Positions 14,217-33,398 of a stretch of 63,832 nucleotides of DNA are shown piece by piece (the stretch's first letter is position 1; each line of letters starts with the position of its first letter). The notes under the pieces were generated by a model, which was not told the DNA's origin, did no database searches, and was given only the letters and a program-made list of their open reading frames with translations. Origin of the DNA: Eledone cirrhosa (Eukaryota); NCBI GenBank assembly GCA_964016885.1, contig OZ024749.1, forward strand, positions 29,140,169 to 29,204,000, written 5' to 3'. Position numbers and translations under genes: made by a program.

Positions 14217-14821
14217 GTATGTATGTATGTATGTATGTATGTATGTATGTATGTATGTATGTATGTATGTATGTATGTATGTATGTATGTATCTAAGTTT
14301 CAGGGACACTGGAAGCATTTCTGAATTGGGGGTGAGGGGAATTTGGTCAATTTAGTTGTAGTGATTAGTTTAACCCTAAAATGTTCAGAAAATGCAATTT
14401 GAGTCCAAGCAGCTCATATTACATTTGCAGCTTTCAATAATTATAAAGCGATTATAGCAAAATGACCCATGAAATCTATCTCTGAATAAATATACGAGCA
14501 ACTGACAAACAGTGATATGTGTAGAAAAAGTTATGACAAAAAAAGATTACCATGAACATTAATATAATATCAAATATCAACCAAGATATAAAAAAAAATT
14601 TAGATATGTGATAAACATATCATGTACATAAATTGTGGCATATATACAAATAGATGTGTGTTTTCATAGTTTGAGGAGAAAAATATAATTATGGTAGGGC
14701 AGGCATATATATATACAAATAAACATACATATATATATTTCTCTATATATATATTTGTATATACGTATATACATGTACATATTTATATCAATATAAGTGT
14801 ATATGTATACGTATATATATG

Positions 14822-14860
<39 letters not shown>

Positions 14861-14862
<2 letters not shown>

Positions 14863-15036
14863 GTTATTCCGGGTTGAATCGGAGGTAACCACAGTAAGTA
14901 AGGTACTCAATACATTGCAGAGTATAAAAGTTTTAATATAGATGAGATTCTATAGGACTAGAACTGTTTCATTCTCTAGAAATCATTTCCTGATGATTTC
15001 TAAAGAATGAAACAGTTCTAGTCCTGTAGAATCTCA

Positions 15037-15122
<86 letters not shown>

Positions 15123-15125
15123 CAT

Positions 15126-15184
<59 letters not shown>

Positions 15185-15352
15185 TGAGATTCTACAGGAC
15201 TAGAACTGTTTCATTCATTAGAAATCACAGGAATTCTAATGAATGAAACAGTTCTAGTCCTGTAGAATCTCATCTATATTAAAACTTTTATACTCTGCTA
15301 TGTATTGAGTACCTTACTTACTGTGGTTACCTCCGATTCAACCCGGAATAAC

Positions 15353-15353
<1 letters not shown>
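14861..15353. mobile_element. Composite palindrome of family C pLTR ends around a (TA)n core
   Basis: 14861-14974 is the near-exact reverse complement of 15241-15354. Each half also has its own internal fold-back. Confidence 0.8.
14987..15031 (+). ncRNA. Hammerhead ribozyme (family C)
   Basis: TTC-CTGATGA-T TTC taaa GAA T-GAAA-CAG ttctagtc CTG-TA-GAA; all three stems can form. Confidence 0.75.
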
Positions 15354-15442
<89 letters not shown>

Positions 15443-15460
15443 GTATGATCCAATATTCAC

Positions 15461-15564
15461 CTTGGCAGCAGCATCACCCCTTCCTTCCACTCGCTTTACC
15501 ATGATGTAAGATATTAAGTTACTTTCACTTTCATTTTCTTCGTGTTGTGCTGTGAAACTGACAT
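15461..15564 (-). other. Candidate internal exon of an unidentified host gene
   Basis: Minus strand has a ctttattacag| acceptor and a CAAG|gtgaat donor, enclosing 104 nt open in one frame (VSFTAQHEENESESNLISYIMVKRVEGRGDAAAK). No recognisable homology. Confidence 0.25.
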
Positions 15565-15725
15565 CTGTAATAAAGTGACGACGGTGCATTCAAGACAACA
15601 ATACAGTAATGTATGAAGACATTATACTGTGGAGTTGAGGTGTCTCAAAATTATATACTACGTTCAAGCATAAATATATATTCATGTGAAGCGCATGTAT
15701 GTGTGTACGTTTGTCTGCGTGTAGT

Positions 15726-15756
<31 letters not shown>

Positions 15757-15761
15757 ATATA

Positions 15762-15880
<119 letters not shown>

Positions 15881-15899
15881 TATATATATATATATACAT

Positions 15900-15936
<37 letters not shown>

Positions 15937-15940
15937 ATGC

Positions 15941-15986
<46 letters not shown>

Positions 15987-16008
15987 TATATGCATTTCTA
16001 TATATATA

Positions 16009-16066
<58 letters not shown>

Positions 16067-16089
16067 TATATATATATATGTGCATATAT

Positions 16090-16150
<61 letters not shown>

Positions 16151-16525
16151 CACATACATACGTCTATATACATGTATATACATATATATATGCATATATA
16201 TATATATACATATACATATACATACATATATATATATATATATATACACACACATACACACACACACATATATATATATAATATAATATGTAGAAAAGAT
16301 AACACACCAGAGATAGAGAGATAGCGCGCCATCAGTCAAACAGGGAAAACCCACCAGTGTAGGGAATATATAGCCCTTGGGAGGCAAAGTAAACACACAA
16401 TAATTAAAAGTACAAATCAAAGAGCAAATACGTACCTTGATAACTATCTAACACATTCCTTCTCCTTTGAGCACATTAATCACAGGGAATAGCGAGAGTC
16501 AATGGGTCCGTTAATTTATCGTAAT

Positions 16526-16577
<52 letters not shown>

Positions 16578-16579
<2 letters not shown>

Positions 16580-16780
16580 CGAAGGAAATGTGGTAAGGAA
16601 CCAGGTGGACCATAACGCACCAAAGTACTCAATACTTGAGGTAGTAGAGTGGGTAATAGGAACCAGTAAGACCCCGACAGCTGAGCTCAAGCCGTTTCGA
16701 CGGCTAATTCTGGACTAACTAGTCCAGAATTAGCCGTCGAAACGGCTTGAGCTCAGCTGTCGGGGTCTTACTGGTTCCTA
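16578..16780. mobile_element. Family A palindromic insert
   Basis: Inverted arms meet at TGGACTAACTAGTCCA; TA-flanked. Confidence 0.8.
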
Positions 16781-16816
16781 TATATATATATATATGTACA
16801 TATATATGTGTGTGTA

Positions 16817-16871
<55 letters not shown>

Positions 16872-16976
16872 CACGCACCTGTCGGTTTTCACTTCAATTT
16901 ATCATAAATTTCCGGCTGGCTGGTTGGTTGGTTGTCCGATGTATATATATATTGTCTTCAAATTTATTATTATTAC

Positions 16977-17008
<32 letters not shown>

Positions 17009-17011
17009 TAT

Positions 17012-17191
<180 letters not shown>

Positions 17192-17425
17192 ATATATATG
17201 TATATAAATATATATAGTAATAATAATACACATATATATGTATATGCATATAAATACATATATATACTTATATGTATATGTATATATTTATACATGCGTA
17301 TATACATATATATGTATGTATAAATGTGTATATATATATACATAAATATATATACATAAATATATATATGAATACATATATATAATTATACAAATCTCTA
17401 TACGTATACAATATGTACAATAACT

Positions 17426-17499
<74 letters not shown>

Positions 17500-17505
17500 C
17501 GATGC

Positions 17506-17620
17506 CAGTATTCCGACGATTTGATCAGAGACAAACACTGTATTTAAGGTCGAGTGACGCAATTTCGAGTGATCAGCAGCCTTTAGACTCACCTGATCAA
17601 TGAAACAATTGTTAATACTG
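17506..17620 (+). ncRNA. Hammerhead ribozyme with expanded stem-II loop (core U4 to C)
   Basis: Stem I CAGTATT/AATACTG; core CCGACGA...GAAA; stem II TTGATCAG/CTGATCAA enclosing 64 nt; stem III C-AATT-G followed by TT. Confidence 0.7.
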
Positions 17621-17666
17621 TAAATAAAAGCCATTTTGTACAGCCGACCATGTTATACTTCTTCTT

Positions 17667-17712
<46 letters not shown>

Positions 17713-17715
17713 AAA

Positions 17716-17897
17716 TAAGACCCCGACAGCAGAGCTCAAGCCGTTTCGACGGCTATTTCTGTCCAGAAATAGCCGTCGGAACGGCTTGAGCTCTGCCGTC
17801 GGGGTCTTACTTTTTTCTATTACCCACTCTACTATCCTAAGTATTGAGTACTCTGGTGCGTTAAGGTCCATCTGGTTCCTTACTACATTTCCTTTGT
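17716..17897 (+). mobile_element. Family A palindromic insert
   Basis: Fold-back at TTTCTGTCCAGAAA, plus a full family A tail. Confidence 0.8.
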
Positions 17898-17917
17898 ATA
17901 TATATAAAGAGAGAGAG

Positions 17918-18182
17918 AGAATTAGTATATTTACCAACATATGCGTACAGATGTACACTAATGCTAGCAAATACATAAGTTATGTCATAGTACCTAGGTG
18001 GTTCAATGCAGGAGGATGCAAAACAATTATATGAAAGACGTAAAATAAGAAAATTTTAAAAATTAAAAATTAACTTACTTAATTAACTTACTTAATTAAC
18101 TTACTTAATTAAAAGTTAACTTACTTAAAAATTTTAGTATGTAAGTTAATTTTTAATTTTTAAAATTTTCTTATTTTACGTC

Positions 18183-18187
<5 letters not shown>
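17918..18187 (-). mobile_element. Family F copy
   Basis: Reverse complement of 4026-4250. The palindrome centre has tandem TTAACTTACT duplications. Confidence 0.7.
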
Positions 18188-18222
<35 letters not shown>

Positions 18223-18328
18223 TTTCTTTTTACAACTGTCCACAATATTTTTTACTGCCAAATCAACTTCACAAATGCAAGTCGATTGAAAGGTATGTCG
18301 TATTTATTTATAAGACTGTTTATATTGT

Positions 18329-18392
18329 ATTTTGTCTGAAGAAGGCATAACATATTGTTAATATGATATCCCTGAAATATATATAATGAAAT
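18329..18392 (+). ncRNA. Minimal hammerhead ribozyme (family D)
   Basis: ATTTTGT-CTGAAGA-AGGCATAACATATT gtt AATATGATATCCCT-GAAA-TATATATA-ATGAAAT. Confidence 0.8.
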
Positions 18393-18483
18393 AAATATGG
18401 TTTTATAAATATAGTTTCCATTTATTTAATATCATATATATATATATTTAAAAGAATAGAGGTGTAACACACGAGTTATGATA

Positions 18484-18802
18484 TATTGGTAAAAGGAAAA
18501 GAAAATTCTGACAGATTGTTCCCAGTGAAAAATAGTTTAATTAGGAATAAGTAAAAATTAGTAATAGTATTGGTTAGTATTCAGTTTTGGTTTTAAGTTT
18601 TACCGGTTGCGCATTTCTAATGCTTTTCAAAAATAATTTTGAGATAGAGCGCCCGCGATGTTTGCTCTAATCTGCGCAACCGGTAAAACTTAAAACCAAA
18701 ACTGAATACTAACCAATACTATTACTAATTTTTACTTATTCCTAATTAAACTATTTTTCACTGGGAACAATTTGTCAGCATTTTCTTTTCCTTTTACCAA
18801 TA
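18484..18802. repeat. Long inverted repeat (~130-bp arms, ~59-bp spacer)
   Basis: TATTGGTAAAAGGAAAAGAAAAT...ACCGGTTGCGCA / TGCGCAACCGGT...ATTTTCTTTTCCTTTTACCAATA, with few mismatches. The right arm ends in (TA)n. Confidence 0.85.
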
Positions 18803-19034
18803 TATATATATATATAAATAAAATAACAGGAGGCTGGACTGGTGTAAATCCTTGAAAGGTTTACACCAGTCCCGGTTTACACCAGTCCAGCCTCCTGTTA
18901 TTTTATATTCGCACCACCAACTACACAAACGAAGGCAGGTGAACTGCACTACGTTGAGTACTCCCCACAATATTACACCAAGATTAACCATACGGAATGA
19001 CCAATTCTATCTAGTGGTGAACCAACAAACCTAA

Positions 19035-19118
<84 letters not shown>

Positions 19119-19155
19119 TGTGTGTATGTGGGGGGGGGCGTGTGTGTGTATATAT

Positions 19156-19222
<67 letters not shown>

Positions 19223-19228
19223 CATATG

Positions 19229-19262
<34 letters not shown>

Positions 19263-19287
19263 TTATATATATATATATATACATATG

Positions 19288-19334
<47 letters not shown>

Positions 19335-19558
19335 TTCTCCATGCATTTCTCTCTCTCCGATATTTCTCCACGTTTTTTTCTTTTTCTTTTTTCTCTCTCT
19401 CCGTCTTTTTTCTTTCTCTCCGTCTTTTTCTAATTGTCCTTAACACTAAAACTTATTAAAATAATATAAAGAATTCACTATCCAGATAACTTCCAAAAAT
19501 AATGGTCGCATTTTAAAAGGGTACGTCAAAGCTTATTTGTAAAACTGTTATATATTGT

Positions 19559-19621
19559 ATTTTGTCTGATGAAGGCATACCATAATTTAATTTGGTATCC
19601 CTGAAATATGTATAATGAAAT
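19559..19621 (+). ncRNA. Minimal hammerhead ribozyme (family D)
   Basis: ATTTTGT-CTGATGA-AGGCATACCA taatttaatt TGGTATCCCT-GAAA-TATGTATA-ATGAAAT. Confidence 0.8.
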
Positions 19622-19695
19622 AAATATGGTTTTATAAATATAGTTTCCATTTATTAATATCGTATATATATATATATATATTATATATATATATA

Positions 19696-19879
19696 TAGAA
19701 GTGGTTACACAACAGTTAGTTCACCATACCGCGAACAATTGTTTCCCCTGAGGATCCGCTAAGGTGAAACAATTGTTCTTGGTATGGTGAACTAACTGTT
19801 GTGTAACCACTTCTACATAATTCGTCCCATGGACTGAGTGCTCTACCACTACGGATATTACCTTCCAGTGTTCTACCAC
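19696..19879 (+). mobile_element. Palindromic pLTR-like insert (family E) with an HHR core at the fold-back
   Basis: Arms TAGAAGTGGTTACACAAC.../...GTTGTGTAACCACTTCTA. Centre reads CTGAGGA-T CC gctaa GG T-GAAA-C AATT G-TT (19748-19777). Confidence 0.7.
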
Positions 19880-20484
19880 TATATATATATATATTCGGTT
19901 AGCTTTCCCCTGTGTTGTTTACTTGTCTCACTCGCTTTACGCGTTTCAATTGTCCTAATAACTTATTATCGCACCAACGTGAAGTATATGATTTTTAATG
20001 CGATGAAATACCAATGATCGTTGGCAAATCACTGATGAGAGACTCATTTTATAACATGTAATCCATGTGCAACCATGCAGTATTCTTCTCCCCATATTTT
20101 TCATATATATATATATATTCTTACCTATATATTAAGCGCTACGTTTTTACCATTACAGCTCTGTATTGTTTATGGAGTACTCGATGTGTTTACTATGATT
20201 AGAAAAGCTATAACGAGGGAGGTATTAAACAATTAATTTCATATTAAGCAGATATCTGCAAACCTTTTAGTTTGGTGACAGATACTCGTTTAATAAATAT
20301 TGAATTACATGTTTCATTAATTAAGATTTGTTTTCGATAGGTAATTAAGAAAATTATATATAAATGATTAATTAACATGTGCATTGTTACAAACCATGTC
20401 CTTGTGTAATTGTAGACATATTACATCTACTTCACACCTAAATATTGGTAAATATTAATCTGATTTTAACTTCCTTTAAAAGGC

Positions 20485-20978
20485 CCCACCATCACTGTTA
20501 CAAATACCACCACCGTCACAACCACCAACATCACCACCACCAACAACAACAGCAACAACACCAACACCACCACAACCCCCAACAACACCACCACCAACAA
20601 CAACACCAACACCACCACAACCACCAACAATACCACCCACCAACAACAACACCGACACCACCACAACCACCAAACGCCACCAACAACAACAACACCAACA
20701 CCACCACAATCACCAACAACACCACCAACAACAACCAACAACAACAACAACAACAACAAAAACATCACAATAACCAACAACACCACCACCGCCACCGCCA
20801 CCAACACCTCCACTACCATTACCAGCACCAGAAACACCACCACGACCATTACCTCACCTCCAACAACAACAACAACAACACCAACACCACCATCACAACC
20901 ACCAACACTAACACCACCACCACCATCACCACTACCACCACTACCACCACCACCAACAACACCATCACCACCAACACC
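20485..20978. repeat. (CAA/CAC)n compound trinucleotide repeat
   Basis: Direct inspection. Confidence 0.9.
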
Positions 20979-20984
20979 TGTTAA

Positions 20985-22095
20985 GGTACTTTGTCCAGTC
21001 GGGGCGCTGTTGAGGTATTTTGTCCAGCCGTGGCCCTGTTGAGGTATTTTGTCCAGCCGTGGCCCTGTTTAGGTACTTTGTCCGGTTGGGGCCTTGCTGA
21101 GGTGTATTATTCAGCTGTGGCTCTGCAGAGCTATTTTGTCCAGCTGAGGCCCTGCTGAGCTATTTTATCAAGTCGGGGCCCTGTTGAGCTATTTTGTCCA
21201 GTCGAGGCCTTACTGAGGTGTTTTGTTCAGCTGTGACCCTGCTGAGGTATTTTGTCCAGCTGGGGCTCTGCTGAGCTATTTTATCAAGTCGGGGCCCTGT
21301 TGAGCTATTTTGTCCAGCTAGAGCCCAGCTAAGGTATTTTTTGTCCAACTGTGACTTAATTGAGGTATTTTGTGTAACCGTGATGCAACTGACATATTCT
21401 GCCCATCTGAGGTATTTTGTCCTGACAAGGCGTAGCTGAAGTCTTATATCCAGCTGAGATATTCTGTCCAGTCGGGACCGAGTTAAGATATCTGTCCAGC
21501 TGTTGTACAGTTAAGGTCTTATGTCCAGCCGTGGGTGCAGTTATGGTCTTATGTCCAGCCGTGGGTGCAGTTATGGTCTTATGTCCAGCCGTGGGTGCAG
21601 TTAAGGTCTTATGTCCAGCCGTGGGTGCAGTTATGGTCTTATGTCCAGCCGTGGTGCAGTTAAGGTCTTATGTCCAGCCGTGGGTGCAGTTATGGTCTTA
21701 TGTCCAGCCGTGGGTGCAGTTAAGGTCTTATGTCCAGCCGTGGGTGCAGTTATGGTCTTATGTCCAGCCGTGGTGCAGTTAAGGTCTTATGTCCAGCCGT
21801 GGGTGCAGTTATGGTCTTATGTCCAGCCGTGGTGCAGTTAAGGTCTTATGTCCAGCCGTGGGTGCAGTTATGGTCTTATGTCCAGCCGTGGTGCAGTTAA
21901 GATATTTTGTCCAAGTTATTCTGTCTAGCCAGGACCTAGCTAAGGTAATCTGTCCAGCTGTGGTGCAGATAAGATATTCTGTCTAACTGAGGTGCACGTG
22001 AGTTATTCTGTCCAGCCTAGCCGTGGTGCAGGTGATATATTATATCCAGTTGCGGTACAGGTGAGGTATCATGTCCAGCCCAGCCCAGCCGTGGT
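20985..22095. repeat. ~30-bp minisatellite (GTCCAGCCGTGGGTGCAGTTATGGTCTTAT)
   Basis: Near-identical 29-30-bp units at about 21510-21900, flanked by diverged units. Confidence 0.9.
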
Positions 22096-22206
22096 GTACA
22101 AAGGCTTTGCAATCAAACACCCCACCCAGCCACCATTCAATTTTTTTTTAAAGGAAAAATTAAAGAACATTTAGTGTAGTAAATAACAATAACAATAACA
22201 ATAACA

Positions 22207-22270
<64 letters not shown>

Positions 22271-22271
<1 letters not shown>

Positions 22272-22571
22272 GGAGGGAGAAAATTAACTGATACCAGGAC
22301 TTAAAGTGGGAGTTAAAAGAATTTGGAACTGCCATGAGGTCAAAGTGGTCCCGGTTGTCATAGGCGCACTAGGTACTATCTCAAAGAGTTTCCAAGGATG
22401 GTTAAAGAAAATTAGTCCAGCCCCGCTTTTTGGAACACTTCAAAGGGCATGCTTGCTGGGAACAGCAAGAACCCTCCGATACGTCCTGAATATCTGAAGC
22501 TGCAGGTAGCGGCTTGATATTCATTTCAACAAACTTTCCAGTTAAATAACATCAATGAATGAGACTCAAAG
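22271..22571 (+). mobile_element. R4/Dong-like RLE LINE 3' end in (TAA)n
   Basis: KRIWNCHEVKVVPVVIGALG...LQRACLLGTARTLRYVL plus 3' UTR. Same family as 52209-53713. (AAT)n on both sides. Confidence 0.85.
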
Positions 22572-22671
22572 AATAATAATAATAATAATAATGATAATAA
22601 TAATAATATTTTATTTATTGTAACAGCGTTGTGTGTATATATATATATATACACACACACACATACACACG

Positions 22672-22845
<174 letters not shown>

Positions 22846-23409
22846 TATACACACACATATGATAGTGTGACATCGTACTGTTACAAATATATGTCACACT
22901 CGGTGGATGGTAATTAAATTTACCACGTTACCGTAACACTGGTAACCTGTATTACAATTCACCAACAAGAGACAGGAGAAATGGGAGAGAAGTAAAGTGG
23001 TTGGTTAGCTATAAATGGCGTAACAAGGTGTTAATTAGTTAAATTAATTGATACATACGGTTCTTTAAATGAAGTGTTCACCTGTACCAACGGAATCTAT
23101 GTTTTTCTGGCCTTAAACGGTGCTGCTTACACGGAAAAAACCCCATAAATAACCGGAGTTGAGTTTGCATGCAAGTCTGTCGTCGCCACACGTCAATTAT
23201 CTACACTCTCTTCCTCTCCTTCCTTCTCCTTCCTCCTCCTCTTCATCGTCCTCTTCCTTCTCCTCTTCCTCCTTCCTCCTATTCCTCCTCTTTCTCCCAT
23301 TCCCCCTCCCTCCTCCTACTATTTGCAGACACCTTGTCATGTCTAGCACCTGCCATCCAAACTAACAACTATGAGAGCAAATAAAACATATGTAGCAGAG
23401 TTGAGGGGA

Positions 23410-29400
<5,991 letters not shown>

Positions 29401-29428
29401 TAAGTAAACACTGTTCAAGTAGAAAAAT

Positions 29429-29615
29429 AATTGTTTCTACTTTTGGCACAAGGCCAGCAATTACCCAGTGTATTACTGGTACTTTATTTTATCGACCCCG
29501 TAAGGATGAAAGGCAAAGTTAAACTCGGCGGGATTTGAACTCAGAATGGCAAGGGCCGTAACTCTTTGCGCCAAAGCAAGGCGTCCGACCCTCTATCGAT
29601 ACTGCCAATCCATCG
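29429..29615 (-). mobile_element. Full-length tRNA-derived SINE (OK-like) with target-site duplication
   Basis: A box TGGCAGTATCG, B box GAGTTCAAATCC, core and tail. AGTAGAAAAATAAT is repeated on both flanks. Confidence 0.9.
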
Positions 29616-29909
29616 ATTCAGTAGAAAAATAATGAAGTACATTCCAGCTGTGACCATCCTGTAAAAGTGTCTACATCATTAGCTAATGTGTCGACTGAGT
29701 ATATATTGAAACTGACAGGTGTTATTTAAGGAACATTTGGTTGCTATTTCTAGCATTTACGGTAACCACGTAGAAGCTCTATCGGTGGCGGCCAGCATTG
29801 TCGTTGTTGTTGCTGTAAATTCATAATGAATTTATCACCCCCCCCCCCCTCTCTCACACACACACTACCATAATATAGTTACTGACAAAGGGGACACCTT
29901 AAAATATAG

Positions 29910-30155
29910 ATGCACCCAGTACACTCTGTAAAATGGTAGTGCTGGTACTGCTCTCAGTACACTCTGTAAAGTGGTAGTGGTGTTGCCATGAGAGAATGCA
30001 CCACATACACTCTGTAAAAGTGTTAGTGTTGGTACTGTACCCAGTATACTTTGTAAAGTGGAGGTGCTGGTACCACGATAAAATGCACTCAATACACTGT
30101 AAAGTGGTAGTGGTGGTGCCGTGACTTAATGCATCCAGTACACACTGTAAAGTGG
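29910..30155. repeat. Degenerate ~40-bp minisatellite (CAGTACACTCTGTAAAGTGG...)
   Basis: About six recurring TACACTCTGTAAA-like motifs. Confidence 0.7.
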
Positions 30156-30383
30156 TTGTTGGTCGTGATGGTGATAATGATGATGATGATGATGATGATG
30201 ATGATGGTTGTGGTGGTGGTGGTGGAGGTAGTGATGATGATGATGGTGGTGGTGGTGGCTGTGATGGCAGTGATGGTTATGGTGGCGCTGGTGGTGATGA
30301 TGATGATAATGATGATGATGACTATCAAAAGTGTTCAGCCATGTCTTTCATTTATTGAAAGAAGTTATTTTCCCTTGAAACTA

Positions 30384-30508
30384 CCGTATTTCCCGGCGCC
30401 GAAAATTGGAAAAAAAATAATACACCACCTTCGGCCTCCAGGACGCATGGTAGATTTTTTAGACTTATTTTAGGGATAATGTAGCGTCTTCGACGCCGGG
30501 AATTACGG
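30384..30508. mobile_element. Tc1/mariner (Tc2-like) MITE
   Basis: TIRs CCGTATTTCCCGGCGCCGAA / TTCGACGCCGGGAATTACGG with TA on both sides. CCGTA termini are typical of Tc2-type elements. Confidence 0.75.
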
Positions 30509-31569
30509 TACTTTGAATAAAATGTTGTCTCTCTTCCCTTTGGTGACCTAAGAGTATGTTTATCTAGTTTAAGGGTTAATCCTGCCTTGGATTTATCAAA
30601 GGTTCGGAAATCCTGAACTAGGGTTTAATTACTTATATTGAGACAAAAATAAGGGGACGAATTTTCGTCTTTGACGATTTTATTTTCCGAAGTTCACAAT
30701 TGTATAAATGACATTAAAGGAAAACAGTATTGGAAAGGACTATAAATGCTATAAATGCAATAAATGAGTAGAAGAGAAGGGGAAGAGCAAGAACTACTAG
30801 AACAAAGGGAGAAAGAAAAGGGGAGGAGAGAGGGTGACAGGCTCTACCCCTAGGTCAGAGTGGTGTTTCAGTTGCGCTCCGAGGTCAAAATGGCAAAGGA
30901 ATTTCCGCGGCAGAGCCGTCAGAACGTTGGGCTAGAAATTACCATATTTCTAATGAAGGGCACTACCTATGATTTTCAAATAATTTTAACAGTATTTACA
31001 TATTATTAGATATATAGTACTATAACTTTCTCATTATTAAGCTGGTGCTTGGAATATAACTTAACAAAAGTTCTTACATAAAATTATGATGAAAAGTTTT
31101 CAGATAAATATAAACAAATGAATGGATAGCGGCTGCACTATATGTAATCTTTACGAATAAGTTATACTTAATTATATATATATATATCATAACGTAATCT
31201 GTTTAACTTGAATGAATAATCGGTGTTTAGAGGGTAAACCGGAAAATAAATATCGAACGGAAAGCTTCTTCAGCCAGGGAGCTAGAGCAGAATTAGTAGT
31301 TCAGCATACTTGTTAAATATGGTGACGAGAGATATGTTAATAATTCTGTGAAAATATGGATGACTTTTTCAATGGCGGCGGAAATGTGTTTGAGATTGTC
31401 GACAGAAGTTTGAACACATGTATCATCTCTGACACGACAGAACTCTTTGAATGAATGGCTGGAAAATCTGCATAACGGACCATTGATTTATTATCTATGA
31501 AGAAGATTAAAAAGTATGGAATTATGTGTCCATAGATGGCGACATTCCAATGTAATATAGTCGTTAGTA

Positions 31570-31940
31570 TTCTCCAATATAGTCATTATATGTCCTCCAA
31601 TATATGTAATAGAACCCTCCAATGTAGCCATTTTATGTCCTCCAATATATGTAATAGTACCCTCCATTATAGCCATTTTATGTCCTGAAATATAGGCAAT
31701 AGAACCCGCCTATTTGGCCATTTAATGTCCGCCAATATATGTATTAACCCTCCAATATACCCATTTTATGACCTCCAATATAAACATTTCTGTACTCCAA
31801 TGCGGGTATTAAACCCGCATATTTAAATATAGGCATTAGAGTCAGCAAATATATTCATTATACCCCTCGAATATAGGCATTTTATATTCTCCAATATAGG
31901 AATAAGACCCCTCAAATATAGGTATAAGATTCATCAAATA
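31570..31940. repeat. Degenerate minisatellite (CCTCCAATATA-based)
   Basis: Recurring CTCCAATAT and CCATTTTATGTC motifs. Confidence 0.7.
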
Positions 31941-32003
31941 TATGCAATATTACGTACTTACATGCTCTGATGATGTCACATGAGGCCTGTTAATGATGTA
32001 ACC

Positions 32004-32100
32004 ATTGACTTTGCCTTTCATCCTTACGGGGTCGATAAAATAAAGTACCAGTAATGCACTGGGTAATTGCTAGCCTTGTGCCTAAAGTAGAAACAATTAT
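32004..32100 (+). mobile_element. OK-like SINE 3' half
   Basis: Core and tail match the other copies. Confidence 0.85.
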
Positions 32101-32803
32101 TGCTAACCACCATGTCATTGAAATACGTATAATACGATAAAATAATTATGTAAACATCTATCTTAATACTATATTATATATGTATATATCTATCTATCTC
32201 TCTCTATATATATGTGTGTGTGTGATTGTGTGTGTGTGTGTGTGCGTGTCCGTGTATGATATATGCAGACGGATGGTGCAGTGCACCTTACTGGTGCATT
32301 AGTGCGGCCGAAACTCGAGTCCGGGAACTATTATAGGCACCAGTTTTACGTGTGTTGTATTGAAGCGAATAACTATGTGTATACTCTGGGAATGTATTCT
32401 ACATTGCCCATGGTGTACGCTGAGATACAACCGTACAACCGGTCCTGGCATTGATAAATATGCTGGGTCTGTATATATATATATATATATATTCTTTCTT
32501 CTTTCTTTTCTTCCTTTTTTTTTAGTCTCAGGAGACTATCGTTGCTATGCAAAACACAATATCTTCTCATAGTCGTCACAAAATTGTATGTGTACCTGTT
32601 ATTGCTTAATTGCTGTACGTTACAGCGCTTTGGCCTGTATCAAACACTGTGGCCTAGGATGAACCTGCACTACCGTTGGTAGGGGGTCGAAACTGCCAAA
32701 GTCCATCTCGACGGCTGAAGACCTTGGAATTCTGTCTTTGGTTTTTTAAAATTTTATTTATAAAGTTTTCGTTCGTTGTCTTCTCTTTTTTAGTTTTCTT
32801 AAT

Positions 32804-32863
<60 letters not shown>

Positions 32864-32966
32864 TAAAAGATCGGGGGCCATATTCAGTTGATTCAGGTTT
32901 ATTTATCTGCTTCACAGCCTACAGACCATAATGTGATCCACACATTCCTGTTCTGTTAACCCCATG

Positions 32967-33000
<34 letters not shown>

Positions 33001-33010
33001 CATGTGATTT

Positions 33011-33058
33011 AGCAGTGAAGTGTTAAATCAACATATGTTGATTTAACACTTCACTGCT
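33011..33058. repeat. Perfect 48-bp palindrome next to (TA)n
   Basis: AGCAGTGAAGTGTTAAATCAACAT|ATGTTGATTTAACACTTCACTGCT. Confidence 0.9.
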
Positions 33059-33278
33059 CGTAAATGCTTTTTAAGCTTCATATCATGTCTCCCTATTTTA
33101 TCTGCTGAGAACGCAAATATCATGCCATGATGATATTTGTTTTTGAAATGCGCATAATAAAATACATGGAACTCTTTTAACCATCTTTTGATTTTATATT
33201 ATTTATACTCCAATCCTATAAGCTACTTATCCGATATTTGCATTGCTTTATTGTACTACAATAAAACTCACCTCCTAC

Positions 33279-33398
<120 letters not shown>

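Noticed and set aside
20031-20062. CTGATGA as a further HHR or C/D-box motif
   Set aside because: No GAAA and no convincing stems downstream.
21510-21900. CRISPR-like regular 30-bp repeats
   Set aside because: Units are contiguous with no unique spacers, there are no cas genes, and the context is eukaryotic.
31356-31454. Short ORF MDDFFNGGG... near an AATGGCGGC motif
   Set aside because: Only 32 codons, with no homology or splice support.
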